64,000 nucleotides of DNA from a virus. How positions within the stretch are numbered: position 1 is the stretch's first letter; every line of letters starts with the position of its first letter. Made by a program: the position numbers and the translations under genes. The stretch spans positions 32,001 through 96,000 of IMG/VR virus record IMGVR_UViG_3300024999_000034; one strand, given 5' to 3'. The notes under the pieces were generated by a model. It was not told the DNA's origin. It did not search any database and was given only the letters and a program-made list of their open reading frames with translations. Shown here in pieces: positions 41,139 to 50,885 of this stretch.

Positions 41139-41708
41139 ATGACAACTGTTAATTTTAAATCTCTTAATTGGAAAATTGATGAGAGAACACTTAGAGGGGA
41201 TGGGAAATATAATACTGAAAAAGCAACAGTAGAAATTCAACTTCCAAATGGGGATTGGAAAATTTTTAGAAGTTATTCTCTTCATCGTGGAGCAAGTGTT
41301 GAAACGGATAATATTTGGAATCTTCTTATTCTTGATGGAAATTATTCCAAACATATTAATGTTGGCACTCTTGACAATGGCAAACAAATTACGGAAGAAG
41401 ACTATCGAGAATATATGCATAATTTATTTAATGGCATGACACAATATATTTTGTCTAGTGATTCAATTAATAATGTGGATGATGATAATAAATATTGTGA
41501 AGTTATCACTGAACATTTTGGAATTAAAAGAGAATATGAAATAACAAGATGTTCTACACTTGAAGAAGCAATAACAAAAGCAATGGAATTTTCTGATAAA
41601 ATTAAAAAGGTTTTTCATAGTCAAGATAGGGTATTTGTAAAAGTTGGTAATCTTTATTATAACCCTAACAAATTATTTTCAAATGGTATAGGTGTTTCTT
41701 GGATTTAA
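41139..41708 (+). CDS. hypothetical protein
   Basis: 189 aa. Confidence 0.7.
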   Translation: MTTVNFKSLNWKIDERTLRGDGKYNTEKATVEIQLPNGDWKIFRSYSLHRGASVETDNIWNLLILDGNYSKHINVGTLDNGKQITEEDYREYMHNLFNGMTQYILSSDSINNVDDDNKYCEVITEHFGIKREYEITRCSTLEEAITKAMEFSDKIKKVFHSQDRVFVKVGNLYYNPNKLFSNGIGVSWI

Positions 41709-41843
41709 TTTAAATTAATCTGTGCTAGTGATTTAATCTCATATCTTATATAACAGAGTCAATATAACAGATGCAGTTATAACATAGATATGGGATTATA
41801 TTATAGCATTGGTTGCTAAAAATAAAATTAAGGAGAAATTGAA

Positions 41844-42035
41844 ATGAAAAAATTAAATGAGATTCAATTAGAAATCCAAAGACTTGAAAGGGAAAATGAT
41901 ATTAATAGAGACAGGTTAGAATATTTTGAAAAATTAGGGGACATGGATAGAGCAAAAATGTACACAAAAATGATTAGTAATTGTAGTATAAAGATTGATA
42001 CTCTTGGATGGGCAATTGATTACAAATATTTATAG
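41844..42035 (+). CDS. hypothetical protein
   Basis: AAGGAG RBS. Confidence 0.65.
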   Translation: MKKLNEIQLEIQRLERENDINRDRLEYFEKLGDMDRAKMYTKMISNCSIKIDTLGWAIDYKYL

Positions 42036-42096
42036 CTTAAAATGTTATTTTCATTTGGTCATTTTTACCATAACAGCCGACCATATTTATTGCATG

Positions 42097-42252
42097 GACT
42101 TTTTAAACTATACGTTATTCGTATAGTTAATATCCTAAGTCACAAATTGCGACTTTAAAAAGACGAATATCGTCTAGTAGATTAACGCTACCCAATATTG
42201 GGGAACGTCTTCTAGTAGTTCAGAAAATGCTTCGTATGTATTACGGACGAAG
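42097..42252 (+). ncRNA. multi-hairpin structured element
   Basis: Five to six adjacent stems in 155 nt (see findings). Confidence 0.45.
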
Positions 42253-42564
42253 TAAAATAAAATATAAAGGATGTGAATAACAATGACACAAATACAAATT
42301 AAACATTCTTGTTGGTTCTGCCTCAATTTAGACTGCGATCATATAGAATATAAATCATGTCTCAAGAACCATAAACTTAAATTTATTTTCAATGTAAATG
42401 AATGTTCAGATTGGAATGGTTAATACTAATATCCAAGATATGGTATAACAGATTCAATATTATCTTTCCAACTTTGTTTTTATATTTGATTTAAAAACTA
42501 TTGCAATTTATTCCAAATGTGATAAGATGTAACTAAGAAATAAATATTTAAGGAGTGGTACATA

Positions 42565-42777
42565 ATGAAATATGTAAGAACAAATGCGTTAGCTGAAATA
42601 AAAGTAGGGAGAATATTTGTTTCTAAAGAAAATAATTCCTATGTCTATTTGGTAAAAGAAATCTTAAATGGAGGGATTATGGCAAGTCCTATAGGTGAAT
42701 TTGGAGAATCAGAAGAAGTTTATATTGGTGGTTTTGAGTTAGCTAGATTGTTACATGCAGTAATTCTAGTTCAATAA
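42565..42777 (+). CDS. hypothetical protein
   Basis: AAGGAG RBS. Confidence 0.65.
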   Translation: MKYVRTNALAEIKVGRIFVSKENNSYVYLVKEILNGGIMASPIGEFGESEEVYIGGFELARLLHAVILVQ

Positions 42778-42814
42778 TATCCCAGAAAAGGCAGAATTGA
42801 AAGGAGTTTGAATA

Positions 42815-43003
42815 ATGGAAAATAATTGTTTTGGTTGTGAACATTGTTTTAATATTCCATCATATTTACAAAAACATTATGCAGAAATTGGTATGAACTT
42901 CCCTGTAGGAACGACACTATGTGGTTTAATTAGAAATATTCTTCCTAGTAATAACACTTGTAATGAGTTTGAAGAAAGAGAATGGGAGGATGATAAATCA
43001 TGA
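42815..43003 (+). CDS. small Cys-rich protein
   Basis: CFGCEHC. Confidence 0.6.
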   Translation: MENNCFGCEHCFNIPSYLQKHYAEIGMNFPVGTTLCGLIRNILPSNNTCNEFEEREWEDDKS

Positions 43004-43194
43004 ATGAAAATTATATTGTACTAGAGGGAGACATTGAAAACTCAGATGAGGATTGCACATTTGCTAAAATTATAAAAGGCGGAATATCATTAAAGCAATA
43101 TGATTCTAAAAGTAAACAAATGGTTACGATTTTCTTGACAAATGAAGAAGTCGGAGAATTGGAAAAAGAATTATCTACTAGAGGGAAATATTAA
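43000..43194 (+). CDS. hypothetical protein
   Basis: GGAGG RBS, coupled. Confidence 0.6.
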   Translation: MNENYIVLEGDIENSDEDCTFAKIIKGGISLKQYDSKSKQMVTIFLTNEEVGELEKELSTRGKY

Positions 43195-43210
43195 TTAAAA
43201 TTTAAGGAGG

Positions 43211-43447
43211 ATGTATTATATGACAAATACAAAATTAGTAAAAGAATGTGTCCAAGAGGATGTTGTAAAATACTTTGTGAAACGTGAAGATGGAATTGAT
43301 TACCTAAAAGTAAATGTTAAAAAGGATGGCACAATCAAGAAAACCAAATATATACTTAGAGGAATGAGTAACTATGAGATGGAATTGGAGAAAACCAGAT
43401 TAATTAGGCAAGGGTATACTGAGCAAATTTTACCCAACCAAATGTAA
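43211..43447 (+). CDS. hypothetical protein
   Basis: AGGAGG RBS. Confidence 0.6.
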   Translation: MYYMTNTKLVKECVQEDVVKYFVKREDGIDYLKVNVKKDGTIKKTKYILRGMSNYEMELEKTRLIRQGYTEQILPNQM

Positions 43448-43485
43448 CTTTTAAATGCTTTGGAAAATAAAATTTAAAGAGGAGA

Positions 43486-44157
43486 GTGTACATAATGAAA
43501 AAGAATTTAGTACCTGCTATTCCGGTGATGTCTTGGGATAAAGAATTAACTGAAAGACAAATAAACCTCGCAAAAGGAAGTTGTCACAAAATATCTAAGA
43601 AGCAAATGGTTAAAAGAATCTTATCATTCATGAAAAGTAATCAAATTACTGATGCGGATAGAAAGGTGTTTAATAAAATCCTTGGTGATACTAAACTATT
43701 AAATAAACTTCAGATTTGCACGGATGGTTCTTGGCTTAATGGTAGAATTTTTTATAAGAATTTCTTTAATCAATCTGATGCAAATATTTGTGTTGACGGA
43801 GAATATTGGATGCAATATTATAGGGATAATAATGTAAGTCCCGACACTTTTACAAAACTTAACTACATGAAATACAATTTCGAGGTAATATATTTACACT
43901 TGGTTAGCAATAGTAGAGAATTTGATCACGAATACCATGAAGAAAACCTACTAACAAATTTCAATGTTGATCAACTTCCAATTTATGAAAAAGCATTAAA
44001 AGATTTTGGAGACAGTAGTTTATACATTACTGATCAAGCTTATGATAATCGTGGAAGATTATTATCTGACTATTATTCATTAAGAACAAAATCAAATAAA
44101 GATAGATCAGATTTTTGGAAATTATTCAGAGGAATAAGAGATAAAATTTCAGCATAA
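43486..44157 (+). CDS. hypothetical protein
   Basis: 223 aa, GAGGAG RBS. Confidence 0.7.
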   Translation: MYIMKKNLVPAIPVMSWDKELTERQINLAKGSCHKISKKQMVKRILSFMKSNQITDADRKVFNKILGDTKLLNKLQICTDGSWLNGRIFYKNFFNQSDANICVDGEYWMQYYRDNNVSPDTFTKLNYMKYNFEVIYLHLVSNSREFDHEYHEENLLTNFNVDQLPIYEKALKDFGDSSLYITDQAYDNRGRLLSDYYSLRTKSNKDRSDFWKLFRGIRDKISA

Positions 44158-44201
44158 AACAGTCTTTGGACGGATTTTATAATTAGAAAGGATGAAGGAA
44201 A

Positions 44202-44477
44202 ATGAAAAGAATTCCTTACTCATTTAGCAAACGTGGAGATATAATTAACCATCCTAGTATCAATCAAATTGTATGGTACTGTGATGCCGATAAACCAGAT
44301 ATGAGAGTAGTAATTATCAATAAGGTAAATCGTAATTATTACAGCAATGGAGGAGATCAATGGGAATGGCAAGAGGTATTTGAGGATGGCACTTTAGGAA
44401 GAGAAGAAAGTGGAAGAGATAATTTTTATTTATATTATGGTGGATATAAGGTTTTCAAAACTGTAGAATTTAATTAA
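44202..44477 (+). CDS. hypothetical protein
   Basis: 91 aa. Confidence 0.65.
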   Translation: MKRIPYSFSKRGDIINHPSINQIVWYCDADKPDMRVVIINKVNRNYYSNGGDQWEWQEVFEDGTLGREESGRDNFYLYYGGYKVFKTVEFN

Positions 44478-44489
44478 GATTAAGAAAGG

Positions 44490-44672
44490 ATGATAATAAT
44501 GGATAAGATTAAAAGACTTGGTAAAATACTTGAAGAATATAAAAATGGGAAAAGTTATTCTGCTTGTTTGGCATTAATTGATGATATGGAAAAGAACTGT
44601 TTTAATTTTGAGTTATTATGTCAAACATTTGATGATGCAATACAAAGTGTGACTCCTAGAAGTGGCCCATAG
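44490..44672 (+). CDS. hypothetical protein
   Basis: 60 aa. Confidence 0.5.
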   Translation: MIIMDKIKRLGKILEEYKNGKSYSACLALIDDMEKNCFNFELLCQTFDDAIQSVTPRSGP

Positions 44673-44741
44673 CTTCATTCTTAGAGTCGTAATATCCCTT
44701 AAAATCACTCTTTCAAAGAGTATAACAGAGGAGGTAATATA

Positions 44742-44936
44742 ATGAAAGTTGTAGGTAAAGGTGATCACAGACAGGTTGCACATGAATGTTCGTGGTGTGG
44801 TGAGTATATCAATGAGTTAGAAGGTGATGATAAAACAACTCATGATGGTAACATGTATCATTATGGATGTTTTGAAGAAATGATGGATGAAAATAGATTT
44901 TATGAATCCGTAGATAAAATACATGAGAGCGAATAA
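44742..44936 (+). CDS. small Zn-finger protein
   Basis: CSWCG...HYGC; GAGGAGG RBS. Confidence 0.65.
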   Translation: MKVVGKGDHRQVAHECSWCGEYINELEGDDKTTHDGNMYHYGCFEEMMDENRFYESVDKIHESE

Positions 44937-45021
44937 ATCTGACATATCATGAGAAAAAGGTATTTCCTCTTAAATATAGAACTTATACTAAAATACTATT
45001 ACACAAGGGGAGATACCAAAA

Positions 45022-45225
45022 ATGCATTGGAAATCTAACATAACTTCATGGAAAGATCCAAACACAAATGAATTTGTCACTCGAAAAGAATATGGAAAAT
45101 TATCTAAGAGAGCGTCAGTTAATGGATTGTCTGCTCCTGAATATTTAATCTCTAAGGGTTATTTTAAAGACAGATATCATTATTACAGGTTTAAGGATAA
45201 AATGTTTTTGGATAGGGAAAATTGA
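45022..45225 (+). CDS. hypothetical protein
   Basis: GGGGAG RBS. Confidence 0.55.
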   Translation: MHWKSNITSWKDPNTNEFVTRKEYGKLSKRASVNGLSAPEYLISKGYFKDRYHYYRFKDKMFLDREN

Positions 45226-45240
45226 AAGGATGATTAAATT

Positions 45241-45477
45241 ATGGGATACTCAATTTATAAAATAGATTTTGACACTCAAGAGAAAACTATATTATATGAT
45301 TGTATTGAAGATATTCAAAAAGCAGATTTATTAGCACAATTGGCAATGTGTAATAAAACAACTAATGAACTGATTTTCATTTGTGCAGGATGGAATAGGA
45401 GTATTGATAGAGATTCAGAATTGTATAGTAAAGTTTTGGAATTGGCTGTAGAATATAAAAGCGAAAGGAAGTGTTAA
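45241..45477 (+). CDS. hypothetical protein
   Basis: 78 aa. Confidence 0.6.
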   Translation: MGYSIYKIDFDTQEKTILYDCIEDIQKADLLAQLAMCNKTTNELIFICAGWNRSIDRDSELYSKVLELAVEYKSERKC

Positions 45478-45478
45478 G

Positions 45479-45739
45479 ATGGATAAATTTAAAATTATGA
45501 AAGAAGCACTAGAAAAGATATCGAATGCGTGTGATGTTTTTGATATGGAAGGCAAAAGCGATTATGATTGTTTTGAAGAGTGTATATTTATTGCATCAAA
45601 GGCATTGAGCCTATTAGAAGAAGAAAAACATTGCTTGGTTGATTATTGTCTATATAATTCGAATCTTAAATGTCCTTTTAATAACTACTTGTCATTTTCT
45701 AAGCAAATTAAAACTATAACTGAATGTCCATTTAATTAA
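45479..45739 (+). CDS. hypothetical protein
   Basis: 86 aa, coupled. Confidence 0.6.
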   Translation: MDKFKIMKEALEKISNACDVFDMEGKSDYDCFEECIFIASKALSLLEEEKHCLVDYCLYNSNLKCPFNNYLSFSKQIKTITECPFN

Positions 45740-45788
45740 TCAAATCAATCATGCAACTTAACTGATAATTATTAAGGAGGAATTAACA

Positions 45789-46034
45789 ATGTACGCTATA
45801 ACAAAACAAAGTGGGTTATTTGGCACTCAAGTAGATAGAACTGATTATCTAGGTTGGCAAGAACCAGCATGGGACGAAGACGGTTATTTTTGGACTTCAA
45901 AAGAAACAATTTATGAAATACATCAAGAAGGAAATAATACAATTGGACATCAATTTTTATTTAAAACAGAAGAGCAAGCAAAACGATTAGCTGTAAAATT
46001 AGAGATAGTTGACTATGGTATTGAAGAATTGTAA
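45789..46034 (+). CDS. hypothetical protein
   Basis: AGGAGG RBS. Confidence 0.7.
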   Translation: MYAITKQSGLFGTQVDRTDYLGWQEPAWDEDGYFWTSKETIYEIHQEGNNTIGHQFLFKTEEQAKRLAVKLEIVDYGIEEL

Positions 46035-46251
46035 GTGATGTGATGGAGGTACATCTATGGCAAGAGGTGGTATTAGAGAATTATTGTATAAAACTCCAGA
46101 AGAGAAAAGAGCAGAAGAATATATTCAAAAATATCTTAAAGATGACTGGTTATATCAATATTTACCTTTTATTGTAGGAGCAGTAGCAATTGTTTTTATG
46201 TTGATTGTGGTTAATTTATTTGATGTTAATAAATAAATTGATAAAAGGAGT

Positions 46252-46545
46252 TTGATAAAAATGTTAACTAAAACATATTTAGGTCAACCAGTAGTTTTCA
46301 AAAATAAAGTTTATGGAAGAATTGTTTCTTTAAAGGGTTTATCCGTAAATTGTGGTACTTTACATTCTATTGTTCAATTTAGCACTCCATCAGGAATGGT
46401 TGTTGAAACTGGGATATTTTATCTAAATGAACAAGAAGAGAATGACATCCTAAAACTAAAAGAATTTGAACAATGGCATTTAGATAATTTACCAAATGAA
46501 AAAATGTATGATGGTAGATTAGAAAGTGTGGATATTTCTGATTAA
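46252..46545 (+). CDS. hypothetical protein
   Basis: AAGGAG RBS. Confidence 0.6.
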   Translation: MIKMLTKTYLGQPVVFKNKVYGRIVSLKGLSVNCGTLHSIVQFSTPSGMVVETGIFYLNEQEENDILKLKEFEQWHLDNLPNEKMYDGRLESVDISD

Positions 46546-46596
46546 GACATTTCCCACATAATGACGATTTGAAAGTAAAAATAGAGGAGAATTTTA

Positions 46597-46857
46597 TTGG
46601 AAACAGAACGATACCAAATATATTGTTTAATCCGTTTAAATAATGGAAACATTGTGTATGTAAATAGTTTTTATTATTATTCTGATGCTTTTGATTATAT
46701 GACAAATGATTATAATAAAATAATGCGTACTACTTATTTTCCTAGAATACTCTCAAATTATAGTAATGATTGGAAGGCAGAAATCAATTTAACTGATGGT
46801 CAGTTTGATAAATGGGATATTATCGAATCTTATATTGAAACACCAAAAGTCAAATAA
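46597..46857 (+). CDS. hypothetical protein
   Basis: GAGGAG RBS. Confidence 0.6.
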   Translation: METERYQIYCLIRLNNGNIVYVNSFYYYSDAFDYMTNDYNKIMRTTYFPRILSNYSNDWKAEINLTDGQFDKWDIIESYIETPKVK

Positions 46858-46901
46858 CTTCAAATAATATTTTTAATTGAAAAATTAAGGAGGATAAAAT
46901 A

Positions 46902-47402
46902 ATGGTTAAATTTATAGCACTGTTAATTTTCACAGCTCTATTCATCATAACTTTCATATGCTTTTTATTATATCTATATTTTACTCTCATTACATCCAAG
47001 CAAATTGAAAAAGAAATCCAACTCAAACAAGAGCAACGTACAAAAACAGAAATAAATCTTAATCAAAAACTAATTAATTTATGCTCCTTATTTTCAATAC
47101 CTCTTGAGTATAAAAATGATTTAGGTACAGCAGCAGGACATATTTTATATCATCAAGACAGGAAAGGAAGAATATTTTTAGACAATTGTAAAATTGAAGT
47201 GTTAGAAAAACATCAAAACAAACCTTGGGTATTAGCACATGAGATAGGCCACTACATAGCGTTAAATAAACTTAAAGATGATACTGAGGAAATGGCAGAT
47301 CAGATGGCGAATGAATTATGTTGTATGCTTTTATCAGAAAACGAACAGAAGGATTTAGAAATTGGCTTGAAGGTTTATTTTAAACAAGAAGGAAGGAGAT
47401 GA
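46902..47402 (+). CDS. membrane-anchored ImmA/IrrE-like (HExxH) metallopeptidase
   Basis: N-terminal TM helix; VLAHEIGHY...EEMADQMANEL. Confidence 0.7.
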   Translation: MVKFIALLIFTALFIITFICFLLYLYFTLITSKQIEKEIQLKQEQRTKTEINLNQKLINLCSLFSIPLEYKNDLGTAAGHILYHQDRKGRIFLDNCKIEVLEKHQNKPWVLAHEIGHYIALNKLKDDTEEMADQMANELCCMLLSENEQKDLEIGLKVYFKQEGRR

Positions 47403-48055
47403 AATATAAAATGTGTCTAGCTACTAATTACACATCTCAACTATTAGAAATCTATCACAAAATTAATTCAGATGTTAAGCGTCTTACTGAAGAGGTTAGA
47501 ACTGCTAATCTCTTTAATATAGACATGCTACATAAAATTATGAATACAAATTTTAATGCTTGTGAAGGTTATAAATTAGCTAAAGAAATTAAAGACAACC
47601 AACTGTTTAGGCAACAAGCAAAATGTGAATTAACAACCCTAATTCAACTCAAAAAACATATAAGTACTAATATCCATTCATTAAATCAAGTTCATTCAGA
47701 AATAATCAATGATAATACTAGATATAAATATAATATCGAGAACAAAGTGTATAATCCAAAAGTAATGGGTACTAAAACTGTTTCTGAGCCTGAAGTGGGT
47801 AGTAGAGAATTTATAGATCCAGTAGCATTTAATAGTGAGAAACGTAAAGTTATTTCAAAACCTGTTCAAGCTAAACCTATTCCACAAGGATTATCTATTA
47901 CATTAGGAGATGCTATACATAAGAAAACGAATGTAAAAATGAAAGTAATAAGTAAAATTGATGATGGTCATTATTTAGTTAAGGTTAAAAATGGATATCA
48001 AGTTATATGTAGTAAACATATTGTTAGTTTGGAATTTCAACAATCTGCTAAATGA
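47399..48055 (+). CDS. hypothetical protein
   Basis: 218 aa; FNACEGYKLAKEIK pattern, SH3-like C-terminus. Confidence 0.7.
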   Translation: MKYKMCLATNYTSQLLEIYHKINSDVKRLTEEVRTANLFNIDMLHKIMNTNFNACEGYKLAKEIKDNQLFRQQAKCELTTLIQLKKHISTNIHSLNQVHSEIINDNTRYKYNIENKVYNPKVMGTKTVSEPEVGSREFIDPVAFNSEKRKVISKPVQAKPIPQGLSITLGDAIHKKTNVKMKVISKIDDGHYLVKVKNGYQVICSKHIVSLEFQQSAK

Positions 48056-48519
48056 CTTCAAAGAATGCTTTCAATGGGTATGAAAGGGGAATAATTACTA
48101 TGTTGATCAGTCGATTTTCTTTAGACGGATTTGAGCCACAAAATCAAACATTGCACAAAAGTTATTCAACAGAAGAATTATTCCCTGATTGTGAATACGG
48201 AGTGTATGCTTATGTCCAAGGCGTAGAAAATAAGATGTTTCTAAATCATCTCCCTAAAGAGAAACAAGACAAATTATCTTTATGGATTGGTGAGATAGAT
48301 AATGATGCTACAGTCTTTGTTTGTGGTATACCTAAAAATAAAAAGTGGTATGACTTAAAGAAAACAACCTTTGGAGAAATTAAAAGCAAAGAAACTAAAC
48401 CAAATGAATTATTCATACCTGCTGAATCATGTTTAAAGATTAAAAATGTAAGGAAGATTTATGATTTCAGATGGGTTAGTGACTATGCAAGAACGATGTG
48501 TGAATATGACTTAGGATAA
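48052..48519 (+). CDS. hypothetical protein
   Basis: 155 aa, coupled. Confidence 0.65.
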   Translation: MTSKNAFNGYERGIITMLISRFSLDGFEPQNQTLHKSYSTEELFPDCEYGVYAYVQGVENKMFLNHLPKEKQDKLSLWIGEIDNDATVFVCGIPKNKKWYDLKKTTFGEIKSKETKPNELFIPAESCLKIKNVRKIYDFRWVSDYARTMCEYDLG

Positions 48520-48643
48520 AAACGCAATTGTATGGCATTATAAATATAAAAATAATCTTTTTTATTTATATCAAAATGGTATTGCAAATACCCTATAAAT
48601 ATGGTAAGATACAACTATCAAATAGAAAGGAGTTACCACAGCA

Positions 48644-48910
48644 ATGAAAGTCAAAAACACCTATACTCAATCAGAATTGTTAAATATTATGCAGAAGTAT
48701 AATTCTACTGACAGACAGATCATCAAGACTAATCTTCAGGAAATCAAAAAAGTATATAACTTTGGCAATGTAGATATTGTAAATGATCTAGGGCATAAAT
48801 CAGAACTAGTTAAATCATGGTTTAATAAAGCCAATCCAAACATTCCAATATTTGAAGATGCTTTAAGGTTGGCAGTACATTATGACTTTGATATTACTGA
48901 ATTAATTTAG
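48644..48910 (+). CDS. XRE-like HTH regulator
   Basis: NLQEIKKVYNFGNVDIVNDLGHKSELVKSWFN...PIFEDALRLA. Confidence 0.6.
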   Translation: MKVKNTYTQSELLNIMQKYNSTDRQIIKTNLQEIKKVYNFGNVDIVNDLGHKSELVKSWFNKANPNIPIFEDALRLAVHYDFDITELI

Positions 48911-48937
48911 AGGAATTGAAAAAAGGAGAAATCTAAA

Positions 48938-49210
48938 ATGAAATTAAAAACTAAACAAGAATTAATAGACAGTGGATTCATTCACATTGCAACTAATTTA
49001 GTAAATGGAGTTGAAAAATGGGCCAAGTTTACTGGTTATGAAGATTTTATTCAGCAAATAGATTTCAAAGAAGGAGAATACACCGGAGAAATTGAGGTAA
49101 TTACTTTTGGCAAACTTGGCTTATATGAAAAAATGTTTAAAAAGATGATGTTTTATCCTAAAGTAAATCAGAATGGTTATATGGAAAAGATGTCCGAAAA
49201 ATGGTTGTAA
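48938..49210 (+). CDS. hypothetical protein
   Basis: AAGGAG RBS. Confidence 0.65.
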   Translation: MKLKTKQELIDSGFIHIATNLVNGVEKWAKFTGYEDFIQQIDFKEGEYTGEIEVITFGKLGLYEKMFKKMMFYPKVNQNGYMEKMSEKWL

Positions 49211-49225
49211 TTATATTGCGAAAGG

Positions 49226-49465
49226 ATGATTGAAATGGAAAAGAAAATCGTATTCAAAAATGTTAAACAGGTTAATGAAGTTGATGAAGAAAAGGTTAAA
49301 GGAATTACTGATCAAATTAATCAAGAAATCACTGAAGACGAAGATTACTGCGTTGAATGTGGAAGCGAAGATTTAACATGGGATTTCAGAAATCAATATC
49401 ATAACTTTTGGATATGTAAAAATTGTGGGCATGAATTTAGGACGCAAAGAATTGAGGAAGAATAA
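49226..49465 (+). CDS. Zn-ribbon protein
   Basis: CVECGS...ICKNCGHEF. Confidence 0.65.
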   Translation: MIEMEKKIVFKNVKQVNEVDEEKVKGITDQINQEITEDEDYCVECGSEDLTWDFRNQYHNFWICKNCGHEFRTQRIEEE

Positions 49466-49517
49466 TCCTATCAATGTCTAAGTTTATACTCTAAATTTGA
49501 AAGGAGAATGATCACTA

Positions 49518-49793
49518 ATGAAATTACAAAACGATGTACAACAAACCATTGTGCGATTAGTAAAGAAAACTCTTTATACTACAAATCAAGATATATTAGA
49601 TTCATTCAAACAAATTTTAATGTACAGTATTTCTTCAGAAACATTTAAATCTTGGATTTATGAGAAAGTTGAATTAGAGATTAAAAAACTAATCGAATGG
49701 AGTGTAATTTATGAAGTAGAGGAGGAAGGTGAATTAGCAGGATATTATCAAACTGACTGGACTGATGAGCAGATTGATTTGATTAGTAAGTAA
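49518..49793 (+). CDS. hypothetical protein
   Basis: AAGGAG RBS. Confidence 0.65.
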   Translation: MKLQNDVQQTIVRLVKKTLYTTNQDILDSFKQILMYSISSETFKSWIYEKVELEIKKLIEWSVIYEVEEEGELAGYYQTDWTDEQIDLISK

Positions 49794-49811
49794 AAAAAGG
49801 AGGTATTAATT

Positions 49812-50006
49812 ATGGTGGACTTCAATGGTACAAACGACTTAAGAGATGTTATAAAAGATTTTATCTATTGGCAAGTTGATAAGAAAACTAATTCAGAAGA
49901 AGAACGTGAATTAATGTCAGAACAAATTTATTCATTATCAGAAGAGACTATCAAAAGACTCAAAGACGAAGTTGAAACCAACATTAGAATTTTTACAAAT
50001 GTATAA
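49812..50006 (+). CDS. hypothetical protein
   Basis: AGGAGGT RBS. Confidence 0.65.
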   Translation: MVDFNGTNDLRDVIKDFIYWQVDKKTNSEEERELMSEQIYSLSEETIKRLKDEVETNIRIFTNV

Positions 50007-50031
50007 TTGGCTTGACAAAGGGCAAGCAATT
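50005..50031 (+). promoter_or_regulatory. bulged hairpin with ACAAAGGG loop (copy 1)
   Basis: AATTG-g-CTTG-acaaaggg-CAAG-CAATT directly before RBS. Confidence 0.55.
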
Positions 50032-50051
50032 TAAAGGAGGAAGATTATAAA

Positions 50052-50885
50052 ATGTTTAATAATACAGAAACCAATCTATTATTTATGGAATCACTTCTAT
50101 CAGGTGATGTAAGCAAAGCAATTGAAAATCAGGAAAAAAGAGGTCAATCTGCATTAGTAAATAGTTTTAGTTTACCTATTAAATATGGAAGAGGAAATGT
50201 TAAAGATACTGTTGAATACTTAAACAAACTTAAAGAAATTGGTATTAAAGTCTTAGGTGATAAAGATGATTTATTTATGGAAGTTGAATTGCCTACTGGA
50301 TGGAGTTTAAAAAGAACAGACCATAGTATGTGGTCAAACTTAGTAGACAACAAAGGAAGAGAAAGGGCTAGTATCTTTTATAAAGCGGCTTTTTATGATA
50401 GAGATGCATTTATTAATTTCAATAGAAGATTACACATAAGTTCTGAAAAACATGATTACGATGAAGAACAATTTGAACGGCAACCAGAATTTATCACAGT
50501 TGGTTATGAAGAAGTATTGGAAAAAGTAAAAGAAGAAAGTTCTTATGATAGAGATGATAGATATTATTATGGTTACGAAGATAGTTATGAAATGTTTTCT
50601 GTGAAGAAAGTTAAGAAACCAATTCAAGAAAAGAATCCTAATTACAAACCACTTACAGGTTATGAAAAATATTCTCAACCTTTTCATTTTGAAGTTTATG
50701 ATTTTGACGGAACAGTGTTATTTAAATCAGATATAGTAAAGACTGATTTCGAATATTCTAAGGATAGGCATTGGGAATTTTTTGATCATAGGGATCAAGT
50801 TGAAGAGTGGGCAAAGTTTCAATGTGAAGTGTGGTTAGATATGAATTATCTAGGTTGGAAAAATGATTTAGCTTATTGGGACTAA
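50052..50885 (+). CDS. hypothetical protein
   Basis: 277 aa, AGGAGG RBS. Confidence 0.8.
   Translation: MFNNTETNLLFMESLLSGDVSKAIENQEKRGQSALVNSFSLPIKYGRGNVKDTVEYLNKLKEIGIKVLGDKDDLFMEVELPTGWSLKRTDHSMWSNLVDNKGRERASIFYKAAFYDRDAFINFNRRLHISSEKHDYDEEQFERQPEFITVGYEEVLEKVKEESSYDRDDRYYYGYEDSYEMFSVKKVKKPIQEKNPNYKPLTGYEKYSQPFHFEVYDFDGTVLFKSDIVKTDFEYSKDRHWEFFDHRDQVEEWAKFQCEVWLDMNYLGWKNDLAYWD

Larger units (their letters stand above)
25557..42466 (+). repeat. dispersed family of about 18 intergenic hairpins with ATAACA(A) in or at the loop
   Basis: See findings; stems unrelated, loop motif conserved, same strand. Confidence 0.8.

Noticed and set aside
25557-42466. Integron attC array, because attC sites often begin TAACAA after a stop codon
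   Set aside because: Here TAAC lies mostly unpaired in loops with no complementary GTTRRRY end, the R/L box geometry is absent, and no integron integrase is visible.
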